DNA of 64,000 nt from an uncultured Planctomycetales bacterium (lineage in GTDB: Bacteria > Planctomycetota > MHYJ01 > JACPRB01). The DNA lies in NCBI GenBank assembly GCA_964468745.1, contig CAYXVY010000079.1, positions 7,660 to 71,659 of the forward strand. Direction: 5' to 3'. The position numbers were made by a program, and so were the translations under genes. Position 1 is the first letter of the stretch, and each line of letters begins with the position of its first letter. Below the pieces are notes generated by a model. The model made no database searches. It was not told the origin of the DNA and worked only from the letters and a program-made list of their open reading frames with translations. Of the stretch, positions 56,817 to 64,000 are shown in pieces.

Positions 56817-59579
56817 GTGGCCGATGACAAGACGGAGCGCGCGGGCGAGTCCGCACACCCTGCCGCGCCGGCCCCGCAGACCCGGCAGCTCGGCAATTAC
56901 ACGCTGACACGCGAGATCGCGCGCGGTGGCATGGGAGTCGTTTTCGAGGCCGAGGACCTCAAGCTGCACCGTCGCGTTGCACTCAAGGTCGTTCGCGAGG
57001 GGGACGCGGACCCCGAGTTCATCGCGCGCCTCCATCGCGAGGCGACGATCGCCGCACAGTTGCGCCATCCGAACATCGTCGTCATCCACGAGGTCGGCAG
57101 CGCGCAAGATGTCGCCGGACAGCTGGTTCATTTCATCGCGATGGACTACGTCGAGGGGTGCACGCTCGCGGACGTGCAGCAGCGGAAGGAGACTTCCCGC
57201 GCGGACATGTTGCGCATGTATACGGACGTCGCACGCGCGGTCGCCTACGCGCACGAACGCGGCGTCGTCCATCGGGATCTCAAGCCGCAGAACGTGCTCG
57301 TCGGAACCGGAGGACACGTCTTCCTGAGCGACTTCGGGCTGGCACGCGCGGACTCGATCCGCACGCAGCTCACGCAGTCACAGTCGGTGATGGGGACGCC
57401 GATGTACATGGCGCCCGAGCAGGTCGAGGGACGGACGCGCGAGATCAGCGCACGCACCGACGTCTACGCGCTAGGCGTCATGCTCTTTGAGATCCTCTGC
57501 TCGCGCCCCCCATTCACCGACCTCATTCCCGCACATCTCTTCTGGCAGATCGTGCACGACGAACCGCCTCGCCCCGCGGACCTGGGCGCCACGGTGGCGC
57601 GCGACCTCGAAGTGATCTGCATGAAGGCGCTCGAGAAGGACCCTTTGCAGCGCTACGCGTCGGCCGCCGCACTCGCCGATGACGTGGATCGCTTCAGACG
57701 CGGTGAGCCGATCTTGGCGCAGCCCCCGAGCCTCGTGTACCGCCTTCGCAAGACGATCGTCCGGCGCAAGCGCATGCTTGCGGTCACGGGGATCACGCTG
57801 GTTTTTGCCGTTGCGGCGGTCGCCGCCCTTCTCGCGGAGCGGGGACGCGGCCTGAACGAATTGCGCAAGCGTACGCAGACGTCGCTCGACGCCGCTCTCG
57901 CCCTGCGACGCGCGGGCAGCGTCGAAGGTATGCAGCGGTTCGCGACAGAGACTGAGGACGCCTGCCGCGAAGCGATCGAGCGGAAACCTCGACTTGCGGA
58001 ACCGCACTACCTGCTGGGACGGATGCAACGCGCCCTGATGAAGGACGACGAGGCGCTCGCCGCGCAGGAACGGGCGCTCGCACTGGACGCGGATTTTGCC
58101 CCTGCGCTCTACGAGCGTGTCGTGCTCACGACGCGGCTGTATCGCTGGCGCGTGGAAGAACTCGTGCAATCGCGCTGGGGTGAGGAGGGGCACATCCTCG
58201 TCCGGCAGGAGCGGCAGGGCGCGCGCCGCATCCCCAGCCTGCCGGAGCTGGCAAAGGAAGATGCGCAGGCGCAAACACTGCGCCTACGTATCGACGCGGA
58301 CCTCAAACGCATCGACGAACTCGTCACGAACGGGGACTCGCGCATCGGCGCCGGCGAACTCGCCTGCGTGCGCGGGCTGCTCGCGTATGCGCGGGGGGAC
58401 GCGGCGACGGCGCGCGATCAGCTGGGGTCCGCCATTCGAATCGCCCCGACCCTCGAAGAGGCCTACGAGTCGCTGGCGAGCCTCGAATTGGACGGCGCTG
58501 GATACGAGGCCTCCGTCGAGTGGTTCACGAGGGGACTGGAGAAGGATCGCGGATACATCGGTCACATCGAGGGTCGCGCCCAGGCGCGCATGCTCTGGAC
58601 GATCGACTTGCGTCGGCGGAGCGAGGACGCTTCGAAACGGATCGACGAGACGATCGACGACGCAACCCAGGCCCTGCAGCGGGATCCAAACCGCACACGG
58701 GCGCGCTTCTGCCGCGGCATCGCGCTGATCTATCGCATCGAAGCGAAAGTCACGCGACGGGGCTACACCCCCGGGCTCTACGTCGACGCGCTCGCGGACT
58801 TCGCGGAGCTTTCCCGGCAGAAACCGGACGATCCCGACGGCTGGATCTGGCACGGTGCATGCACGATGGCCGAGGGGTATGCGCACTATGTGCGGGGCGA
58901 GGACCCCCGGGCGACCGCGCGAACGGCCATCGCCGACCTCGATCGCGCGACCGCGCTCGCTCCGTCGCTCGATCTGCCGTTCCTCTTTCGCGGAATCTGC
59001 CACGGCGTAATGTCGCTTTACGCGGTCACGCGCAAGGAGGATCCGGCGCAGCCGAGCGGCGAGGCCATCGCCGACCTCGATCGCGCGCTGGCGCTCAACG
59101 CGAACAGGGCGGAGACGTGGATGTGGCGGGGACTCGCGCGCGCGGCGCTGGCCGGGTATGCGGCGACGCGCGGCCAGGATCCCCTGCCGAATTACGACGC
59201 CGCGATGAAGGACCTCGACAAGTCGGTGGAGCTCGAACCCGGAAAGCCGGAGGTCTGGACGTGGCGCGGGCAGACGCGGGCCACGTGGGCGCTCTATCAG
59301 GCGATCCAGCTCAAGAATCCGATCGCAACCTACGAGCTTGCGATCCTGGACTTCGACCGCGCCCTGCAGATCAACGCCTCGCACGTGCACGCCCTGCGCA
59401 GTCGCGGCAACGCCCACGAGATGATCGGAATCACGCACCAGGTGCTGAAGCGCGACGCAACGGAGTCCTTCACGCGCGCGATCGCGGATTACGAAGCGGT
59501 GATAGGCATCGATCCGGAACTGGAGCCGGGAGTGCGCGGGCAGCTCGCGAACTGCAAGCGGCGGCTCGAGAAGAAGTAG
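56817..59579 (+). CDS. Ser/Thr protein kinase fused to TM and TPR-repeat domains
   Basis: GTG start. Kinase motifs ARGGMGVVFEA, HRDLKPQNVLV, DFGLAR, GTPMYMAPE; TM helix VTGITLVFAVAAVAALLA; about 600 aa of TPR repeats. Confidence 0.85.
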   Translation: MADDKTERAGESAHPAAPAPQTRQLGNYTLTREIARGGMGVVFEAEDLKLHRRVALKVVREGDADPEFIARLHREATIAAQLRHPNIVVIHEVGSAQDVAGQLVHFIAMDYVEGCTLADVQQRKETSRADMLRMYTDVARAVAYAHERGVVHRDLKPQNVLVGTGGHVFLSDFGLARADSIRTQLTQSQSVMGTPMYMAPEQVEGRTREISARTDVYALGVMLFEILCSRPPFTDLIPAHLFWQIVHDEPPRPADLGATVARDLEVICMKALEKDPLQRYASAAALADDVDRFRRGEPILAQPPSLVYRLRKTIVRRKRMLAVTGITLVFAVAAVAALLAERGRGLNELRKRTQTSLDAALALRRAGSVEGMQRFATETEDACREAIERKPRLAEPHYLLGRMQRALMKDDEALAAQERALALDADFAPALYERVVLTTRLYRWRVEELVQSRWGEEGHILVRQERQGARRIPSLPELAKEDAQAQTLRLRIDADLKRIDELVTNGDSRIGAGELACVRGLLAYARGDAATARDQLGSAIRIAPTLEEAYESLASLELDGAGYEASVEWFTRGLEKDRGYIGHIEGRAQARMLWTIDLRRRSEDASKRIDETIDDATQALQRDPNRTRARFCRGIALIYRIEAKVTRRGYTPGLYVDALADFAELSRQKPDDPDGWIWHGACTMAEGYAHYVRGEDPRATARTAIADLDRATALAPSLDLPFLFRGICHGVMSLYAVTRKEDPAQPSGEAIADLDRALALNANRAETWMWRGLARAALAGYAATRGQDPLPNYDAAMKDLDKSVELEPGKPEVWTWRGQTRATWALYQAIQLKNPIATYELAILDFDRALQINASHVHALRSRGNAHEMIGITHQVLKRDATESFTRAIADYEAVIGIDPELEPGVRGQLANCKRRLEKK

Positions 59580-59624
59580 CGCGACCTACTTCGACGCCTC
59601 GAATCCGAGGCTGAGCGAATTGAT

Positions 59625-60062
59625 TCAGTAGCGGAGGCCGGTCGGCTTCGGTCCGTCGTGGAAGAGGTGGCCCAGGTGCGAGTCGCACTTCGCGCAGACC
59701 GCCTCCGAGGCGCCCCCGTCCGGCTTCAGGGCGACGGCCCCCTTGATGGCATCGAAGAAGCTGGGCCAGTCGCAGGCCTCGTATTTCGTCTCCGACGTGA
59801 AGAGCGCCTGACCGCAGGCGCCGCAGGTGTAGATGCCCTTCGCCGTGTTGTACAGCAGCTTGCCGGTACCGGGCCGCTCCGTTCCTTGCCGGCGAAGAAT
59901 CTGGTACTGCTCCGGCGTCAGCTTCTTCTTGTAGTCCTCTTCGCTGCACGTCCCAACGGCGTCCTTCGCGGGTTTCATCTGCTCCTCGCTCGACGACGGC
60001 TTCGGCGAACAGCCCGTCCACGCGAGCATCGTCACCAACACCGCCGTCGCAATCTTCTTCAT
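59625..60062 (-). CDS. msrB: Peptide-methionine (R)-S-oxide reductase MsrB (SelR domain), lipoprotein
   Basis: Lipobox MKKIATAVLVTMLAWTGC. SelR motifs CGACGQALF...C...SHLGHLFHDGPKPTGLRY, including the zinc CxxC pairs. Confidence 0.85.
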   Translation of the reverse strand: MKKIATAVLVTMLAWTGCSPKPSSSEEQMKPAKDAVGTCSEEDYKKKLTPEQYQILRRQGTERPGTGKLLYNTAKGIYTCGACGQALFTSETKYEACDWPSFFDAIKGAVALKPDGGASEAVCAKCDSHLGHLFHDGPKPTGLRY

Positions 60063-60174
60063 GCGTCCACTTAACCGTACGCCCGCCGCCATTATTCCGG
60101 ATCTGACAATCGATTGCGCGCTCTTTCGCCTGTTTGTTCTCGGTCCGCTCGAAGCATGCTACAAGTAACGCCTC

Positions 60175-62016
60175 ATGCTCGCCGCGTGGGTTCTCTGCCT
60201 CCTCGTCCAGGCCGAACCCGGCACTCTTGCGCTCGATGCCGATCGACCGGTCCTCGTACGCGGCGTCCCGTTCACCCTCACGGTGCGTACATCGCCGTCG
60301 TTTTCGGGAACCATCGGCTTGCGAGGGCTGCGCAACGTGGACTCCGCCGATGTCGTGCGCGGCCAGGCTGTACTGCGCAATGTCGTCGCGGATGACGTGG
60401 TGATGGCGAGCGGACCGGGGCAAACGGCGCAGCTCGACCGTCGGTTCATCCCCGGCTGGTTCGGACTGCTGCCGCCGCTGCTGGCCATCCTGCTGGCCAT
60501 ACTTTCGCGACATATCCTCCTGTCGCTCCTCGCCGGCGCCTGGCTCGGCATGCTGATCGAGGCAGGGGTCGGCCCCTTCTCGCCGATTACGGCGGCCGTG
60601 GACGTCGTTGACCGCCTGGTCCGCTCCGCGCTCGCGCGACCGGAGCAGGAATCGACACTCCTTTTCATCCTCATGCTGGGCGGGATGCTCGGCGTCATGA
60701 CGCACAGCGGCGGAACGCGCGGTCTCGGGGATTACGTCGCGCGCCAGGTCGCCACGCCGCGCCGCGGCATGGTGGCCGTCTGGGCGTCGGCGATCCTTTT
60801 CTTCATCGATGACGTCGCCAGCTGCCTCATCGTCGGCAGCTCGATGCGCCCCGTGACCGACCGCCTGCGCATCGCGCGCGAGAAGCTGGCGTACATCATG
60901 GATTCGACGGTCGCCCCCATCGCGACGATCGGCCTCTTGTCGGTCATCTCGTTCGCGGAAGTCGGGCTCACGGAGAGCTCCGGCACATCGTTCGACCTGT
61001 TCCTGCATCTCATCCCGTACGGCTTCTACGCGATCCTCTCGACGATCCTCGTCCTCCTCGTCTGTGCAACCGGTCGTGACTTCGGAGCGATGCTCGCCGC
61101 GGAACGCCGTGCGATCACGACCGGCGCGGTCGTGCGCGTCGGCGGCAGGCCTCTGGCCGATCGCGACCTCATCGCCGACGCCGATGAAATCGAGGACATG
61201 AGCGGCCGCTGGCAGAATGCCGTTTTCCCCGTGCTCGGCCTCATCGTGCTGACGGTGATGGCGCTCTGGATCGACGGCGCGCGTGCCGGCGGCGCCGGCT
61301 TCTGGGACGCGCTGGGCAAGGCGCATGCCGAGCGCATGGTCCTCTTCGGCATCCTCGGAGGCACGATCATCGCGTACGCGTGCGCGCTGGGGCGCAAGCA
61401 CCTGACATTCCGCCAAGCGGCGGAGTCCTGGGTGCGCGGCGGCAAGGCGACGTTCGTCCCTCTGGTCGTCATGACGCTTGCCTGGGCGATCACGCAAGTT
61501 GGTCGCGATCTTTCGACCGGGCCGTGGCTCGCGCAGGCGTTGGGGCCCGGCGCGCCCGCGCACTGGTTCCCGACCATCGCCTTTCTCGCGAGCGCGCTCC
61601 TCGCGGGATGCGTCGCCTCCCCCTGGACGGCGATGGCGCTCCTCATGCCCATCGTGCTGCCGATCCAGACGACCGAGAACGTCCACTACGGAATGCTCGC
61701 GGCGACGCTCTCAGGCGCCCTCTTCGGCGCGCAGATCTCGCCGATCGCGTCTTCGACAATCGTCGCGTCGCTGGGCGCTTCGTGCGATCACATCGACCAC
61801 GTGAAGACGCAACTGCCGTATGCCGTGCTCTGCGCCGGGGTGGCGCTGGCGTGTGGATTCATTCCCGTCGGTTTCGGCCTCTCCCCGTGGGTTGCGCTGC
61901 CGATTTCCGCCGCGGTCCTGGCAGGCGTCTTCTTGCTGCTCTCGCAATCGCGTCTCCCGCCCGAGGCCATAGAGATCGGCGACAGCGGATTGCCCGACGA
62001 GCCCACCGTGACTTAA
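60175..62016 (+). CDS. NhaC-family Na+/H+ antiporter-like membrane transporter with a ~110-aa N-terminal extension
   Basis: About 12 TM helices with NhaC-family-like hydrophobic and Gly patterns (LFILMLGGMLGVM, DSTVAPIATIGLLSVISFAEVGL). N-terminal signal-like segment. Confidence 0.75.
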   Translation: MLAAWVLCLLVQAEPGTLALDADRPVLVRGVPFTLTVRTSPSFSGTIGLRGLRNVDSADVVRGQAVLRNVVADDVVMASGPGQTAQLDRRFIPGWFGLLPPLLAILLAILSRHILLSLLAGAWLGMLIEAGVGPFSPITAAVDVVDRLVRSALARPEQESTLLFILMLGGMLGVMTHSGGTRGLGDYVARQVATPRRGMVAVWASAILFFIDDVASCLIVGSSMRPVTDRLRIAREKLAYIMDSTVAPIATIGLLSVISFAEVGLTESSGTSFDLFLHLIPYGFYAILSTILVLLVCATGRDFGAMLAAERRAITTGAVVRVGGRPLADRDLIADADEIEDMSGRWQNAVFPVLGLIVLTVMALWIDGARAGGAGFWDALGKAHAERMVLFGILGGTIIAYACALGRKHLTFRQAAESWVRGGKATFVPLVVMTLAWAITQVGRDLSTGPWLAQALGPGAPAHWFPTIAFLASALLAGCVASPWTAMALLMPIVLPIQTTENVHYGMLAATLSGALFGAQISPIASSTIVASLGASCDHIDHVKTQLPYAVLCAGVALACGFIPVGFGLSPWVALPISAAVLAGVFLLLSQSRLPPEAIEIGDSGLPDEPTVT

Positions 62017-62029
62017 CCGGAGGTGTTCC

Positions 62030-64000
62030 ATGGCCGGTTCGATCTGGAAAGCGGTTCACTTCAGCTCGAAGGCCGTTCCCGACGACACGCTCCTCGTCGC
62101 GAAGCTGGACGGGCATGAGCAGATCTCGAAGCCGTACCGATTCGAACTGGAGCTCCTCTCGCGGGACGTGGACATCGACTTCAAAAAAGTCCTGCGCGAA
62201 CCGGCGTGGATCGGCATCGAGCAGGGCGCGAGCGCCGGAGCCGCCGAGCCTCTGAAGATCCACGGACGCATCGCAACGTTTGAACAGGTCGAGGTGACGA
62301 CGGCCGGCGTGCGCTATCGAGCCGTCCTCGTTCCGCGCCTCTGGAAGCTGTCCCTGTCGTACCAGAGCCGCATCTTTCAGAAGCTCACGGTTCCAAAGAT
62401 CATCGAGCAGATCCTGCGCGAAGCTGGATTCGCCGCGGACGCATTCGAATTCAAGACGGCGCGCACCTATCCCGAACGCGAGTATGTCGTCCAGTACGAG
62501 GAAACCGATCTCGACTTCCTGTCGCGGTGGCTGGAACACGAAGGCATCTGGTACGTGTTCGAGCAGGGTGCGGCAGGGGAGAAGGTCATTTTCAGTGATG
62601 CGACGGCGCACTATCTGAAGCTGGCGGGGAAAGACTCCCTGCCCTTCCGCGCGGAGGGCCGCGGAATCGAGTGGGATGTGAACGGCCGGGCGGCGCAGGA
62701 GGAGTCGATTCACACGATCGCGTGCGCGCAGGCGCTCATCCCGAAGCAGGTGATCCTCAAGGACTACAACTGGCGCACGCCGGGGGTCGATTTGCGCTGC
62801 ACGTCGGAGGTGAGTCCGGACGGCGAGGGCGTGGTCTTCGAATACAACAACCACTATCGCACGCCGGACGAGGGCAAGGTGCTCGCGAAGATACGCGCGG
62901 AGGAACTTCTCGCGAGAGAGAAGGTGCTGCGCGGCGTCGGAAGCTGCCGGGCGTTCCGCGCCGGCGCGACGTGGGAGCTGTCGAACCACGCGCGGTCCGA
63001 TTTCAACGCGAAGCTGCTGCTCACCGAGGTGCGCCACCGGGCGACGCAGAGTCTCGCGCTCGACACGCGCTCGGCGACTCGCGCCGAGTACGCGAATGAG
63101 TTCGTGGGCGTCCCGGCCGACCGCACCTTTCGCGCACCACGTTCGACGGCATGGCCGGCGATCCACGGCACGATGCACGCGAAGGTCGATGCTTCCGGCA
63201 CCGGGCAGTACGCCGAGGTGGACGAGGAGGGCCGCTACAAGGTGAAGCTGCCCCTAGACCTGTCGAGCGCGGCGGCGGGGCAGGGCTCGCGCTGGATCCG
63301 CATGGCGCAGCCTTATGCCGGCGCGGACCACGGCATGCACTTCCCGCTGCACAAGGGGACCGAAGTGCTGCTGACGCACATCGACGGCGATCCGGACCGT
63401 CCCATCATCGCCGGAGCCGTTCCAAATGCCGAGACATCGAGCGTCGTCGGAAGCACGAATCAGACCGCCGGGGGCATCCGCACGGCAGGCGGTAATGAGA
63501 TCTCGATGAAAGACACCGACGGACACCAGAGCATCTTTCTGCGGGCGGGAAGCGGCCGGTCCGCGATCGTCGTGGGATCCGGATCCAACGAGCGAGTGGA
63601 CGTTTCGAGCGACAGCGCGATGGTTTCCACCGGCATTACATCGCTGTACTCGTACTTGATAAATGACACGGTCGGCGCGCTCGGCGCGAGCATCACGTCC
63701 GGCTATCCGAAGCTCCAGGCGGCGCTCTTCGGCGTGCGGCTCGGATTGGACTTCTGCGGGAAGCGGCTTCTCACTCCCCATCTTAAGGAGGACAAGGGAT
63801 GGGGCGAAGCGGGCGCGAAGGTCTGCGGCACACTCGTGGGGCTCGGAGGCACGATCATCGGCGCAGCGGTCAACATCCTCTACATGAAGAAGAACATCGA
63901 GCAGATCGTCGACAAGCTGGCGGTCGTCACGCCCAAGGCGATCGTCGGCGGCAAGGCGAAACAGTACGCCGTGAAGCTCTATCGCAAAGCGGGGAATTTT
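62030..64000 (+). CDS. vgrG: Type VI secretion system spike protein VgrG; 3' partial, runs off the window
   Basis: GGAGG 8 nt upstream of ATG 62030. VgrG hallmarks: YVVQYEETDLDFLSRWLEHEGIWYVFEQ (gp27-like) and RMAQPYAGADHGMHFPLHKGTEVLLTHIDGDPDRPIIAGAVPN (gp5 OB-fold region). The frame is open to position 64000. Confidence 0.85.
   Translation, partial: MAGSIWKAVHFSSKAVPDDTLLVAKLDGHEQISKPYRFELELLSRDVDIDFKKVLREPAWIGIEQGASAGAAEPLKIHGRIATFEQVEVTTAGVRYRAVLVPRLWKLSLSYQSRIFQKLTVPKIIEQILREAGFAADAFEFKTARTYPEREYVVQYEETDLDFLSRWLEHEGIWYVFEQGAAGEKVIFSDATAHYLKLAGKDSLPFRAEGRGIEWDVNGRAAQEESIHTIACAQALIPKQVILKDYNWRTPGVDLRCTSEVSPDGEGVVFEYNNHYRTPDEGKVLAKIRAEELLAREKVLRGVGSCRAFRAGATWELSNHARSDFNAKLLLTEVRHRATQSLALDTRSATRAEYANEFVGVPADRTFRAPRSTAWPAIHGTMHAKVDASGTGQYAEVDEEGRYKVKLPLDLSSAAAGQGSRWIRMAQPYAGADHGMHFPLHKGTEVLLTHIDGDPDRPIIAGAVPNAETSSVVGSTNQTAGGIRTAGGNEISMKDTDGHQSIFLRAGSGRSAIVVGSGSNERVDVSSDSAMVSTGITSLYSYLINDTVGALGASITSGYPKLQAALFGVRLGLDFCGKRLLTPHLKEDKGWGEAGAKVCGTLVGLGGTIIGAAVNILYMKKNIEQIVDKLAVVTPKAIVGGKAKQYAVKLYRKAGNF

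Overview
This is a high-GC (~70%) bacterial chromosomal window that is gene-dense on both strands. It contains no rRNA, tRNA, CRISPR or transposase genes. The content points to a signalling-rich, Myxococcota- or Planctomycetota-like organism: five eukaryotic-like Ser/Thr kinases (three with a kinase-TM-TPR architecture), a PP2C phosphatase, two ECF sigma factors, a MYXO-CTERM-like sorting tail, a PSCyt1 cytochrome domain, and a T6SS vgrG that runs off the 3' end. I did not confirm the taxonomy.

Recognisable modules:
- A cobalamin-riboswitch-controlled TonB-dependent receptor plus BtuCDF-like ABC importer (13679-18500, minus strand).
- Ergothioneine genes egtD-egtB with a translationally coupled ATP-grasp ligase (31496-34888).
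- A flotillin / HEAT-repeat pair, followed by a secreted beta-helix protein and an ECF sigma / anti-sigma pair (19496-25940).
- A thioredoxin / PSCyt1 cytochrome c / PHM-like copper-monooxygenase fusion protein (26933-28633).
- A periplasmic thioredoxin-like gene with an in-frame TGA exactly at the redox motif, i.e. a candidate selenoprotein (56097-56795).

The strongest candidate for an undescribed system is a ~20 kb minus-strand block (about 36.1-56.0 kb). A Ser/Thr kinase gene is translationally coupled to a sensor histidine kinase gene. A sigma-54 promoter then drives an ExbB-ExbD-ExbD operon. That operon has no TonB, TolA or Pal partner; instead it carries a bitopic membrane protein, a membrane-anchored alpha/alpha-toroid (prenyltransferase/SHC-repeat-like) protein and a 952-aa periplasmic TPR protein. 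It is followed by an NtrC-type sigma-54 activator, four unannotatable membrane-anchored coiled-coil proteins, a DnaJ-type multi-CxxC zinc-ribbon membrane protein and a GT-C-like polytopic membrane protein. Together this looks like a proton-motive-force-powered envelope machine of unknown function under kinase / two-component / sigma-54 control.

All coordinates and domain calls are read from the sequence and the ORF track; no database searches were run.
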